Below are positions 20,800 through 30,949 of a DNA stretch of 64,000 nt, piece after piece (the stretch's first letter is position 1; every line of letters begins with the position of its first letter). Source of the DNA: Candidatus Tenebribacter davisii. Its GTDB lineage: Bacteria > Cloacimonadota > Cloacimonadia > Cloacimonadales > TCS61. The stretch spans positions 7,871-71,870 of the forward strand of contig JAVCCH010000025.1 in assembly GCA_030765535.1 (NCBI GenBank), in the 5' to 3' direction. The notes beneath the pieces are model-generated. The model had not been told where the DNA came from, did not search any database, and saw only the letters and a program-made list of their open reading frames with translations. A program made the position numbers and the translations under genes.

Positions 20800-21907
20800 C
20801 CATTATTTTGTTATAGACTTCAATATATTTTCGTGAAAAATCAATGATATTATACTTATCTTTAACTAACTTATATGAATTTACTCCCCATGCTTCTAGC
20901 CTTGCTCTTTCATCAGGAAGAGATAATAAAACCACTGCTAATCTGTCAACGTCATTAATAGGAACGAGAATTCCGTTAAAATCAGATACAAGTTCATTAT
21001 TCCCTTTTACATCTGAAGTAACGATTGGCAGTTTCATAGACATAGCTTCTAAGATAGAGATCGATAATCCCTCAGCAGTTGAAAAAAGTAAATAAACATT
21101 AAACATAACTAACCATTCTTCAACGTTATTTTGCCACCCAGGAAAAAAAATATTTTCTTCGAGATCTTCTGTCCGAACCATTTGCTTACATTTTTCTAAT
21201 AATTTCCCATCACCGATGAAATAAAAAACTATTTTATGATTAGTTTTACATACATCGATTGCTACATTAATAGTATTAATAATGTTTTTAATTTTTTCAA
21301 ATCTTAATATACTACCAATAACAAATACATCTTTTTTTATCTTTGAAGTCCCTTTTATTGTATTTTCATTTAACTTTATACCATTAGCAATTGTAATTGC
21401 TTTGAATGCTTTCGTTATATTGTTTTTAATTGCATATTCACGTTCATAATTGTTAACAAAGATCACATAATCACTGAAAGAAGAAACAAACTTTTCTAAA
21501 ACTTGATAGAAAAAACGTATAGGTGGTGATTGTGCATAATGAAACGCGAATCCATGTACGGTATGTACAACTTTGGGAACTCCTGCTATTCGCGCTGCAA
21601 TTCTTCCGAGAAACCCTGGTTTTGATGAATGCGTGTGAACGATATCAAATTTTTCTTTCTTAAATATTCTTATTAATTTTATCAAAGCAACAAAATCCAT
21701 TAAAGAAATATTACGTCTAAAAGATTTAAGCGGAATGTAATTATAACCTGATTCTAGAACTTTTTCCACCAGAGGACCACCTGGTTTAGATATCACGTAA
21801 ATTTCATACTTATTCTTATCTAATGATCCTAAAATTTTTAACATAACATTCTGAGCACCGGAAAGTAATGGCAATAATTGAATATGAACTATTTTAATTC
21901 TTCCCAT
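20786..21907 (-). CDS. Glycosyltransferase family 4
   Basis: 'DIVHTHSSKPGFLGR', 'HTVHGFAF' and 'EGLSISILEAM'. Confidence 0.92.
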   Translation of the reverse strand: MGRIKIVHIQLLPLLSGAQNVMLKILGSLDKNKYEIYVISKPGGPLVEKVLESGYNYIPLKSFRRNISLMDFVALIKLIRIFKKEKFDIVHTHSSKPGFLGRIAARIAGVPKVVHTVHGFAFHYAQSPPIRFFYQVLEKFVSSFSDYVIFVNNYEREYAIKNNITKAFKAITIANGIKLNENTIKGTSKIKKDVFVIGSILRFEKIKNIINTINVAIDVCKTNHKIVFYFIGDGKLLEKCKQMVRTEDLEENIFFPGWQNNVEEWLVMFNVYLLFSTAEGLSISILEAMSMKLPIVTSDVKGNNELVSDFNGILVPINDVDRLAVVLLSLPDERARLEAWGVNSYKLVKDKYNIIDFSRKYIEVYNKIMGDHE

Positions 21908-23169
21908 TAATTTTCTAACCTTTCTTCTACAAAATTAAGAAATTCTATTGTTTGATTTTCTCTACTGAACTTATTACTATATTCTCGTTTAATTTTTTTA
22001 TTTTTAAGTGTTTCAATAAGCATTAAAAAATTCTTAGCGATCATTTCAACATCTTCCATATTACAAATAAGGTTCTGTTTATTTTGGATTAATATCTCTG
22101 CAGCTTCCCCATCCGGTGGTACCATAGCAAGGATCTCCTTACCGCTGCGCAGATATTCAAACAGCTTACCAGTAAGCACTCCCTTACCTTTATGAGAGGC
22201 AATGAATAATAGTAGAGCATCACAATTCATAAGTGATTTTATAGCTTCTTTATGCTCTATTTGAGGATTGAGCTTTATCATGTCTGATACTTCTGAATTA
22301 TTTATATAATTTACTGTCTCAGCATAATAATTACCGGTAAATTCAATAATTATATTATTGGGCAACTGATCACGGGACTTTAATAATTCTAAAGCATCAA
22401 TAAAGAACTTTGGAGTTCTGTATCCATAAAAATTACCAATATATTTAATGATAAATTTTTCATTTTTCCTTATCACAAAATTGGTAAAATCATCTGTATC
22501 CCATCCATTATAAATTACCTTGATTCTACTTCTTAGTGTTTCTCCAAACTCATCTATAAGATCATCTTTCATTGTTTTACTAACTACAGTTATCGTAGAA
22601 GCAAAATTCAGAATCTTATTTTCCCAATGTACAGCATGTATTTTATGCAACTTCGAAAAAAAAGTGATATATGGATTTAGTGTCCAGTGATCACGGTAAT
22701 CTATAATTAATGGCGTCTTCATCTTCTTTGCCAGTTTATAAGCTGCCACACCACTTGTATATGGCCCCATAGTCGCCATGACCGCATCATATTCATTTTT
22801 TTTATTAAGTTTTTTCCCAGCTTTTATTACAAAAGGTAACCAGCCAATTTTTTCATCAATAAAGAAAATATTCCGAATGATTTTTTTATACTTTTCCGGT
22901 GTTTTAAAATATACTGCTCTATTAGTTTTTGTCTTGGATATTTTCTTCAAGATAGACATTGGATCAAATGATGATGTTCTGATAATCCTGCGTGCAACAT
23001 CTTCTTTCAATAACTTCTGATCCATGGAATGAAAAACTATATCTTTTACTGTTATCACATTAGTAGAGACCCCGCACCGTTCAAGATATTTTACTAATTT
23101 TACAGGACGTTGAACTCCAGGACCACCTAGAGGTGGATAAAAGTAGGCAATTAATAATAATTTTTTCAT
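21907..23169 (-). CDS. Glycosyltransferase family 4-like
   Basis: 'AYFYPPLGGPGVQR', 'IDYRDHW' and 'GKLFEYL'. Confidence 0.88.
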   Translation of the reverse strand: MKKLLLIAYFYPPLGGPGVQRPVKLVKYLERCGVSTNVITVKDIVFHSMDQKLLKEDVARRIIRTSSFDPMSILKKISKTKTNRAVYFKTPEKYKKIIRNIFFIDEKIGWLPFVIKAGKKLNKKNEYDAVMATMGPYTSGVAAYKLAKKMKTPLIIDYRDHWTLNPYITFFSKLHKIHAVHWENKILNFASTITVVSKTMKDDLIDEFGETLRSRIKVIYNGWDTDDFTNFVIRKNEKFIIKYIGNFYGYRTPKFFIDALELLKSRDQLPNNIIIEFTGNYYAETVNYINNSEVSDMIKLNPQIEHKEAIKSLMNCDALLLFIASHKGKGVLTGKLFEYLRSGKEILAMVPPDGEAAEILIQNKQNLICNMEDVEMIAKNFLMLIETLKNKKIKREYSNKFSRENQTIEFLNFVEERLEN

Positions 23170-24881
23170 TCCTCATCCTTGATTAGCGATCTTTGTTTAA
23201 GAACAACTTCTATTTTAGAATCTAACTTGATATTAGAAAAATGAATTGTATTTTCTTTAATTTCAGCGTCAGCATGTTTAACTTGATCAATCTCGAAATT
23301 ACCAAATATGCTTATTGTAAATTTATCCGTTTGAGCTGGAAAATACAAATAAAATCTATCTTCACTTTCAAAGATCTCAATACTCTCTCTTTTCTTCCAC
23401 CATTGAGCTATCTGCATAAAGGTAGCTATAAAGACATTTTTAGGTTTGATCTCTTCTAAAGTATAATTTAACAGCTGCTTATTATATGATATTTCATCGA
23501 AATTTGAAATTGAATAATTAAAAGAAATAAAACCATTAACACATTCAATTGATTTAATTAAATGATCTACTATTTCTTGTGCATTTTCATAAGATAACAT
23601 ACTTGATTTTGAAAGTTTAAGATGATCATCAAAAAAGATCATCGGTAATTCTAACGAATGCCACCCAAAACTGCTTCTTAAATCACTACCGTGTGAACCA
23701 AATTGGTAGAAAGGAAATCCCAATCCATTGAGAAATCCACTTTTTTGATGAAATCCAATTGAGGAATTGTAAATAAATCCATTTTTTCGGTGAAATTCAT
23801 TAGTAAGTCTTGGATCGTAGCAGAAATGATTATGGCGCACACCTATCAATTCTTTGCCGAGTAACTTAGTTAACTGATCTTTTTGTTTGTGAAGTATATC
23901 TTGTTTCCCTGAGTTTACTGAAGCTAAAAGTGCTATTTCGTTTCCTTTGGTATAAATGTTCCTGATCTCTTTCTGTATATCTCTATTATGGATAGAATAA
24001 TCAATGTCTTTTTTTAGAATCGATTCCGTACCGAAAAAAGAGGTACTGCTTATTTTGTGTAAATTCTCAATTTGATCAATTATCTCAAAATTCCAATATT
24101 CTTCTATATTCGTCAGGAGATATTTTATTTTACTTAAAAATCTATGAAATACATATTTGATCTTATAAAAAATAAGAATATCTTCAAATGTACTGCTTAT
24201 CATTCTACCTAATGACCACTTGTGTAATTTATCAATATTGTAAGAAAAAGAAGCAGCAAAATTCTCAGCAGATGGCCAGTATTCTTTTTTAACTAAAAAG
24301 ACCTTACCATTCCTTTCTAATGAATCCTGAATGCAGCGTTCAATTAACCATAACAACATATTCACATAAGGTTCTTGATGAAAAGACTGAAATGGAACTA
24401 CATCATCTAAAAGCCAGCCATGATCATCTCTTTTTACAGCTTCGATCGTTTGTACAGTTTCCAAATTAAAGAGGATATTACCAACAACATCAAATTTATA
24501 AATACCGTAAAATAAATCTTCATTATTATAATATTGAATGGGTGCATTGAGTTCATTATCAGATATTACCGGTATTTTTCGTTTTAGATTAATTATTTCA
24601 GTTTTCTTTTTAATTTTTTCAAGTGTTAAGGCTTTTTGCTGGAATAGATCTGCACATATCGGTATATAGAATAAAATCTTATCCATGGCAAGAATGTAAG
24701 CTTCCTTTATTGATGGTTCAATCAAACCGTAATAGAATAGAATATCATTTTTTTGTAATTGATCTATTTTATGAATATACTTAAATTCATAACCAAGCGT
24801 ATTAAAAATAAAATCAAAAGTGAATTTGATCTTATTTTCATATCTTTTTAATTTACTATCTACATATATAGCTATCATCAA
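23166..24881 (-). CDS. Polysaccharide-deacetylase-fold protein with degenerate metal motifs
   Basis: First gene of the glycan operon; 'EPYVN', 'GVRHNHF', 'YNSSIGF...GF..G..FPF' and 'LELPMIFFD' resemble the family, but the THDVD- and LH-equivalent motifs read SYNID and LL. Confidence 0.6.
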   Translation of the reverse strand: MMIAIYVDSKLKRYENKIKFTFDFIFNTLGYEFKYIHKIDQLQKNDILFYYGLIEPSIKEAYILAMDKILFYIPICADLFQQKALTLEKIKKKTEIINLKRKIPVISDNELNAPIQYYNNEDLFYGIYKFDVVGNILFNLETVQTIEAVKRDDHGWLLDDVVPFQSFHQEPYVNMLLWLIERCIQDSLERNGKVFLVKKEYWPSAENFAASFSYNIDKLHKWSLGRMISSTFEDILIFYKIKYVFHRFLSKIKYLLTNIEEYWNFEIIDQIENLHKISSTSFFGTESILKKDIDYSIHNRDIQKEIRNIYTKGNEIALLASVNSGKQDILHKQKDQLTKLLGKELIGVRHNHFCYDPRLTNEFHRKNGFIYNSSIGFHQKSGFLNGLGFPFYQFGSHGSDLRSSFGWHSLELPMIFFDDHLKLSKSSMLSYENAQEIVDHLIKSIECVNGFISFNYSISNFDEISYNKQLLNYTLEEIKPKNVFIATFMQIAQWWKKRESIEIFESEDRFYLYFPAQTDKFTISIFGNFEIDQVKHADAEIKENTIHFSNIKLDSKIEVVLKQRSLIKDEE

Positions 24882-24975
24882 CCCTCAAAAAGAATAATCT
24901 ATAATTCAGATGGAACATTTAACATAATTCTGTCAACTTGCATATTTAGGAAGTTTTTAGTTTTAAAACAATTTA

Positions 24976-25395
24976 TCAAATTTTTAATAGATTAAGCCCA
25001 ATTTCTTCATCAAAACTTCTCGCAATTTCTCCCTCAAATTCTTCTATAATAACTTCACATGTTGCACTTACAATTGCCATATTAAGATGACCGCCAAAAG
25101 CATTATGTTTACTATCAGCAAAAGTTATATGTATGTGCAGATATGGCTGCTCATTTAGAGAAGTGATATTACCATTTATGGATAGTATTTCAAATGCTCC
25201 ACTCATTTCGTCAGAATAATATTTTTTCTGTAATGTATCATATAATCCGATCTCGACCTTATTTACAGCACCTATTCCGGATATATTACCAAATTTAATT
25301 GAATTATTTTTACAAAATTCTGTTAGTTTACTCACGATTTCTTCTTCCGGATCAATTCTAATAAAGAATTTATTATCAATCTTTTTGGATTTCAT
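24976..25395 (-). CDS. PPC/DUF296 domain protein
   Basis: 'ISGIGAV', 'EILSINGNI', 'HIHITFAD...FGGHL' and 'TCEV'; start at 25395 after GGAGG. Confidence 0.9.
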   Translation of the reverse strand: MKSKKIDNKFFIRIDPEEEIVSKLTEFCKNNSIKFGNISGIGAVNKVEIGLYDTLQKKYYSDEMSGAFEILSINGNITSLNEQPYLHIHITFADSKHNAFGGHLNMAIVSATCEVIIEEFEGEIARSFDEEIGLNLLKI

Positions 25396-25600
25396 AAATT
25401 CCTCCAATGTTATTTCTATAATGAATACAAATAATAATTATCATGTTCTTTGTCTAATATAATTTGCAAATCGTTGAATAGAATTTAAAAACTGAATTTA
25501 ATTTGACATATAAACCTCTGAAAAAAATATACATTTTTAATATATAATATTAATAATATGAATTTTGAAAATATAAAAATGATATAAGGAGATGCGAAAA

Positions 25601-28312
25601 ATGGGAAATAAAAGAGTTTATTTATTTGGAAATGGCTCAGCTGAGGGGAAGACTGAAATGAAAAATCTTCTCGGTGGAAAAGGTGCTAACCTTGCTGAGA
25701 TGAACCTTATTGGCGTTCCTGTTCCTGCCGGCTTCACGATAACCACAGAAGTTTGTGCAGAATGGAATGAACTTGGAGTTGAAAAAACAATCGAACTTAT
25801 AAGAGCTGAAATTGCTGCCGGAATTGAAAATACTGAAAAAATTATGGGTGCAAAATTTGGCGACAATACAAATCCACTTCTAGTATCAGTTCGCTCTGGT
25901 GCACGTGTTTCAATGCCGGGGATGATGGATACTGTTCTTAACCTTGGTATGAATAACGACTCTGTTGAAGGTCTCTCAAAAAAATCAAATAATCCTCGCT
26001 TTGCCTGGGATTCTTACCGTCGTTTCGTACAAATGTATGGTGATGTAGTTTTGGATATGAAACCTAAAACAAAAGAAGATATAGACCCTTTTGAAGAGAT
26101 CATTGAAGAACTTAAAGAAACAAAAGGCATTGAAAACGATACCGATCTTACTACTGAAGATCTAAAAACTCTGGTAGCTAAATTTAAGCAAGCAGTTAAA
26201 AAAGTAACTGGCCATGATTTCCCTGATGATCCATGGGAACAACTTTGGGGAGCTATTGGAGCAGTTTTCGGAAGTTGGAATAATTCACGTGCGATCTACT
26301 ATCGCAGTATGAATAAAATTCCTGGTGAATGGGGAACTGCTGTAAACGTACAGTCAATGGTGTATGGAAATATGGGAGATTCTTCTGCTACTGGTGTTGC
26401 TTTTACCCGTGATGCTGGAACTGGAGAGAATATATTTAACGGTGAATATCTCATTAATGCTCAAGGTGAAGATGTAGTTGCTGGTACTAGAACTCCCCAG
26501 GAGATAACTCTGGAAGGTTCTAAAAGATGGGCAAAACTTGCTAATGTTACCGAAGAAGATCGAGCAACAAATTATCCTTCCTTAGAAGAGACAATGCCAG
26601 TTCTTTACAAAGAATTAGCTGAAATTGAAACTAAACTTGAAAACCATTATCATGATATGCAAGACTTGGAATTCACTATCCAGGATGGCAAAATCTGGTT
26701 ACTGCAAACTCGTAATGGTAAAAGAACCGGTCCGGCAATGGTTCGAATGGCTATTGAAATGCTTAAAGAAAATTTCATCGATGAAGAGACTGCGCTCAAT
26801 CGGGTAGAACCTAATAAACTTGATGAACTTCTTCATCCTGTATTTGATACTGAAGCTATAAATAAAGCTAAGACTATTGCGAAAGGTCTTCCTGCTTCTC
26901 CAGGTGCTGCAACCGGACAACTTGTTTTCTTTGCAGATGAAGCCGATAAATTTGATAATACAATTTTAGCTCGTATCGAAACTTCTCCAGAAGATCTGGA
27001 AGGTATGAACATCGCTAATGGTATTCTCACAGCTCGTGGTGGTATGACTTCACATGCTGCTGTTGTAGCCAGGGGAATGGGAAAATGCTGTGTTTCCGGT
27101 GCAGGAGCGATCAAGATAAACTACAAAACACGTATAATGACAATTGATGGTATTGATTATAAAGAAGGTAACTGGGTTTCATTAAATGGATCTACCGGTG
27201 AAGTTTATGAAGGACAGATCGCAACAACAAAACCTGAGCTTAGCGGTGACTTTGGAGAGTTAATGGAGCTTTGCAACAAGCATACTCGTATGTATGTAAG
27301 AACAAATGCTGACACTCCAAAAGATGCTGAAGTTGCCAGAGAATTTGGTGCACAAGGTATTGGCCTCTGTAGAACAGAGCACATGTTCTTTGACGGCGAA
27401 AGGATCAAGGCAATGCGTGAAATGATCCTTGCGAATGATGAAGCCGGCAGAAGAGTTGCTCTGGCGAAGATCCTGCCTTATCAAAGAGATGATTTCGAAG
27501 GCATTTTTAAAGCTATGACAGGATTTGGAGTGACTATACGTTTATTAGATCCTCCTCTACATGAATTTATTCCTCACGAAGATAAAAACCAGAAAATAAT
27601 GTCTGTTGAAATGGGAATTTCTATTGAAGAAGTTAAAGCAAAAGTTGAATCTCTGCATGAATTCAATCCAATGCTCGGGCATCGTGGCTGCCGTTTGGGA
27701 AACACATATCCGGAAATCACTGAAATGCAGGCTCGTGCTATCATCGAAGCTGCCATCAATGTGAAAGAAGCAGGATTTGATCCTAAACCTGAGATCATGA
27801 TCCCACTTATCGGGACAGTTGAAGAATTCAAATTGCAGGCTGATATCGTGCGGGAAACTGCCGACACGGTATTTGCTGAAAGAAATAGTAAAATTGATTA
27901 TCTTGTAGGAACAATGATCGAGATCCCTCGAGCTGCTCTTACAGCTGATCTTATTGGAGCTGAAGCTGAATTCTTCAGTTTCGGTACAAATGACCTAACA
28001 CAGATGACTTTCGGCTACAGCCGTGATGATGCCGGTAAATTCCTTCCTATCTACATTCAAAAAGGAATTCTGAAAGAAGATCCTTTCCAGGTATTAGACC
28101 AGCAAGGTGTAGGACAGCTTGTTAGAATGGGAACGGAAAAAGGTCGTAGTGTAAATGCTGATCTTAAAGTTGGCATTTGTGGAGAACATGGCGGAGAGCC
28201 AAAATCTGTGAAGTTCTGTAATAGCGTGGGAATGAATTATGTAAGTTGTTCTCCTTATCGTGTTCCAATTGCAAGACTTGCAGCAGCTCAAGCCGCATTA
28301 GAACAAAAATAG
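25601..28312 (+). CDS. ppdK: Pyruvate, phosphate dikinase
   Basis: 'LLGGKGANLAEM', 'LVSVRSGARVSMPGMMDT', phospho-His motif 'GGMTSHAAVVARG', 'GLCRTEHMF' and 'ICGEHGG'; start at 25601 or 25592. Confidence 0.97.
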   Translation: MGNKRVYLFGNGSAEGKTEMKNLLGGKGANLAEMNLIGVPVPAGFTITTEVCAEWNELGVEKTIELIRAEIAAGIENTEKIMGAKFGDNTNPLLVSVRSGARVSMPGMMDTVLNLGMNNDSVEGLSKKSNNPRFAWDSYRRFVQMYGDVVLDMKPKTKEDIDPFEEIIEELKETKGIENDTDLTTEDLKTLVAKFKQAVKKVTGHDFPDDPWEQLWGAIGAVFGSWNNSRAIYYRSMNKIPGEWGTAVNVQSMVYGNMGDSSATGVAFTRDAGTGENIFNGEYLINAQGEDVVAGTRTPQEITLEGSKRWAKLANVTEEDRATNYPSLEETMPVLYKELAEIETKLENHYHDMQDLEFTIQDGKIWLLQTRNGKRTGPAMVRMAIEMLKENFIDEETALNRVEPNKLDELLHPVFDTEAINKAKTIAKGLPASPGAATGQLVFFADEADKFDNTILARIETSPEDLEGMNIANGILTARGGMTSHAAVVARGMGKCCVSGAGAIKINYKTRIMTIDGIDYKEGNWVSLNGSTGEVYEGQIATTKPELSGDFGELMELCNKHTRMYVRTNADTPKDAEVAREFGAQGIGLCRTEHMFFDGERIKAMREMILANDEAGRRVALAKILPYQRDDFEGIFKAMTGFGVTIRLLDPPLHEFIPHEDKNQKIMSVEMGISIEEVKAKVESLHEFNPMLGHRGCRLGNTYPEITEMQARAIIEAAINVKEAGFDPKPEIMIPLIGTVEEFKLQADIVRETADTVFAERNSKIDYLVGTMIEIPRAALTADLIGAEAEFFSFGTNDLTQMTFGYSRDDAGKFLPIYIQKGILKEDPFQVLDQQGVGQLVRMGTEKGRSVNADLKVGICGEHGGEPKSVKFCNSVGMNYVSCSPYRVPIARLAAAQAALEQK

Positions 28313-28330
28313 GTTAACATAAAAATACAG

Positions 28331-28362
28331 AAGCCTTCCAGATAACTGGAAGGCTTTTTTTT
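28331..28362 (+). terminator. Intrinsic terminator after ppdK, possibly bidirectional
   Basis: 11-bp stem AAGCCTTCCAG/CTGGAAGGCTT, ATAA loop and T-run; lies between convergent genes. Confidence 0.92.
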
Positions 28363-28375
28363 AATTAAATTATAT

Positions 28376-29887
28376 TTAGCTCACATTGCGCAAGTAGATA
28401 ACAAAGATCGCACCTTTTGGTACATTATCTTCTACAAATATTTCTCCACCCCAATTTTTTATTGATTTTTTTACAATATGAAGTCCCAAACCGGAATGCC
28501 CGGTAACTCCATGTTTAAATCCTTCTTCAAAGATCTTATGGTGAAGATTCTCCGGGATTCCCTTGCCATAATCTATTACTCTTACTTCACAAGTATTTCG
28601 GGTAGAAGAGATCTTTATATCTATACGATCTGTTCCACTATGAACTACCGCATTACGGATCAGATTATCAATAACTGAATTTAATGAATCATCAGCAAAT
28701 ATCTTGCTTTTCCCTTCAATACTGAATTTTACTTTAGGATAATTCAACAATATTTTTTTAAAATGTATGCCTATGTCATAAATACTTAAATTATTAGAGG
28801 CAATTAGTAACTCATGTTTTCTCATCTTCATAATTAAATCAGAGCTTTTTGTTACATTGTTTATGATATTTTCCAGCATCTGTTTATCACCATTTCTTTT
28901 ATAAATATTTACTGAACTGTTAATTGCCGCAAGACTATTGGCAAGATCATGTCTGAGAATCTTATTAATTAATTTTATCTGCTCTCCTTGACGTCGATTC
29001 TCTTCTTCATTTTCCTTTCTTTCAGTTATATCTCGGATAATACTGAGCCCATTCCATTGACCACCTATTTTTATGGCAGCAATAGATAATTCTACCGGGA
29101 ATTCAGTTCCGTCATTACGATAGACATACATTTCCTGCGTTTTTCCGATTACATTGCCTTTACCGGTTTGTTTGAATTTGCTGAAACCCTTTTTAAAAGC
29201 TGTTTGATATCTTTCCGGCGCAAGCAGTTTATGCATCTGTTTTCCCATGACTTCTGCAGGAGTTCGCCCAAATATTCTGGTAGCTGCTCTATTCCAAAAG
29301 TTTATTTTTCCCGTATTATCTACCATCACAATTGCATCACTGGCAGAATTAGTAATGGTTCTAAACTTCTGTTCACTTTCCTCTAATGCTCTCTCAACAT
29401 TTTTCAAGCTCGTAATATTGATCAATGAGACAAAAACGATAGAATAATCTTTCTCGCACTCTTTTGTAAGAGACCACTGGAGATAAACATCTAAATACTC
29501 ACCATCAAATGTTTTATTAATACATTCCCCTTCGTATGAAGATTCACCGTTTCCAACTTTTATAAGTTGTTCAACAAAAGTTTTATAGGAATTTTCTGTA
29601 AAAATTGTTTTAAGATTCGTTAATAAATCCTCTTTTGAACTTGCATGAAACATCTCAATTGTTGTTTTATTGACATTAACTATTTTTACTAACTCAGAAC
29701 ATTTATCAACCTGGTCCGTGTTATTGGTAAAGTACTCTCTAAGATCCGTTACGCCATCTTCTTTAAGTGTATGTAAATATTGACTAACTTCCGAAAAATC
29801 CTCTTCCCATATGGATATCGGGGATTCTTCAAATAAGCTTTTGTAACGTATTTCTGCACCATTTAATTTCTTTCTAATTACTTCCAT
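28376..29887 (-). CDS. Cytoplasmic PAS-PAS sensor histidine kinase
   Basis: Two PAS domains, H-box 'ILRHDLAN', N-box 'NLIRNAVVH', 'DYGKGI' and 'SGLGL'; no TM segment. Confidence 0.9.
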   Translation of the reverse strand: MEVIRKKLNGAEIRYKSLFEESPISIWEEDFSEVSQYLHTLKEDGVTDLREYFTNNTDQVDKCSELVKIVNVNKTTIEMFHASSKEDLLTNLKTIFTENSYKTFVEQLIKVGNGESSYEGECINKTFDGEYLDVYLQWSLTKECEKDYSIVFVSLINITSLKNVERALEESEQKFRTITNSASDAIVMVDNTGKINFWNRAATRIFGRTPAEVMGKQMHKLLAPERYQTAFKKGFSKFKQTGKGNVIGKTQEMYVYRNDGTEFPVELSIAAIKIGGQWNGLSIIRDITERKENEEENRRQGEQIKLINKILRHDLANSLAAINSSVNIYKRNGDKQMLENIINNVTKSSDLIMKMRKHELLIASNNLSIYDIGIHFKKILLNYPKVKFSIEGKSKIFADDSLNSVIDNLIRNAVVHSGTDRIDIKISSTRNTCEVRVIDYGKGIPENLHHKIFEEGFKHGVTGHSGLGLHIVKKSIKNWGGEIFVEDNVPKGAIFVIYLRNVS

Positions 29888-30382
29888 ATAGCTATCCCAA
29901 TTAAATAAATTATGTTGTAAATCACAAATCTTAACAAATTTTAATTAAACTTATTTATATAAAATACAACTGCAATTTTTTTGTCAATACTTAATAATAA
30001 ATTTGCTATATTAAAATTATTAACAAATATCTTCTGTGAAAATGAGATCATTAATTTTAAACATTTTTTTTATAACTTATATGCAGTTCAATTTTTTCAT
30101 CTAATTGATCTTATAACGTACATTAGTTGCTTGAAAGGTTTGAAGCTACTGCTGGATCGGAATGATCCCAATTTCAAAATACAAATTTCAATTTAGTTAA
30201 AAAACGACACACTTGTAAATTTATGCTTAATTATTCCAATAGTTTTTTCATCTTGCTTTAAAGTGTAATTAGACGTAATTTTACTCGTTATAATAACTTA
30301 TAAAAACTCTTTTAGTGATTCAGAATAAATTTACCCTTTTTAGTACTTATTTTGATTATCTACTTTTGTATATTATATATTA

Positions 30383-30760
30383 TTATAACATTATACTTCT
30401 GTTAAGATCCTTATAATTATCTAATGCCATTTGAATTTTAGATTCAATTACCGGTTTAGCAAGTATAATTCCTGGTGATATAAGTGACGTATCGTATTGT
30501 GTAATTCTATCAACATAGGCTGAGCAAAAGATTATCGGAATGTTAGCAGTTTTTCTAATTTTTCTGGCTGCTTCAATTCCGTCCAGGTCACTATCCAGAT
30601 TAATATCCATAAAGATAAGATCCGGATAATACTTACTGGCATAAGCAATTGCATCTTCACCAGTTGTAACTACATCAATAACCTCATGACCATAGTTTAC
30701 TATTGTCATCTTTAGATCTTGAGCAATAATATACTCATCTTCCACTATTAATACTCTCAT
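30383..30760 (-). CDS. Stand-alone response regulator receiver
   Basis: 'VLIVEDE', 'DLIFMDI', 'CSA' and 'KP'; no output domain; start at 30760 after GAGGG. Confidence 0.9.
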   Translation of the reverse strand: MRVLIVEDEYIIAQDLKMTIVNYGHEVIDVVTTGEDAIAYASKYYPDLIFMDINLDSDLDGIEAARKIRKTANIPIIFCSAYVDRITQYDTSLISPGIILAKPVIESKIQMALDNYKDLNRSIML

Positions 30761-30809
30761 TTTAATATCCCTCATCTTTGCACGGTTTCCCGCTCCACTA
30801 ATACTCAAT

Positions 30810-30835
30810 CCCGGAGCAGTTATAACTGCTCCGGG
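30810..30835. repeat. Perfect 26-bp palindrome CCCGGAGCAGTTA|TAACTGCTCCGGG (terminator or operator)
   Basis: Exact inverted repeat read directly from the sequence; no clear U-tract. Confidence 0.8.
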
Positions 30836-30862
30836 TACTCAAAATTTTCTTTATTCTTAATA

Positions 30863-30937
30863 TTATTTTTTTATGATAACAATTTCATGATCAATGATAA
30901 CAATGAAATAATCTTCATTTTCATATATCTTCTTCAT
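30863..30937 (-). pseudogene. 24-aa mini-ORF, apparent internally deleted paralog of the upstream small secreted protein
   Basis: MKKIYENEDYFIVIIDHEIVIIKK; shares the MKK start and aligns with the C-terminus of the 30950-31195 protein (GEKWVIVVVGNDIFVILK). Confidence 0.5.
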
Positions 30938-30949
30938 AATTATACTCAA

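Noticed and set aside
19423-23169. Apparently lower-GC stretch of the glycan operon as a genomic island
   Set aside because: Composition could not be computed; no integrase, tRNA or flanking repeats; low GC is usual for such genes.
25618-28291. Several antisense ORFs inside ppdK (likewise inside gatE/gatD, the ABC gene, iscU, pgsW and others)
   Set aside because: Fully overlap strongly conserved genes; expected from codon bias; no RBS or motifs.
29888-30382. 495-nt AT-rich spacer with a 71-aa ORF and a small GGATC/GATCC hairpin, considered as an sRNA or riboswitch
   Set aside because: The ORF is low-complexity without an RBS; the 5-bp hairpin matches no riboswitch consensus I recognise.
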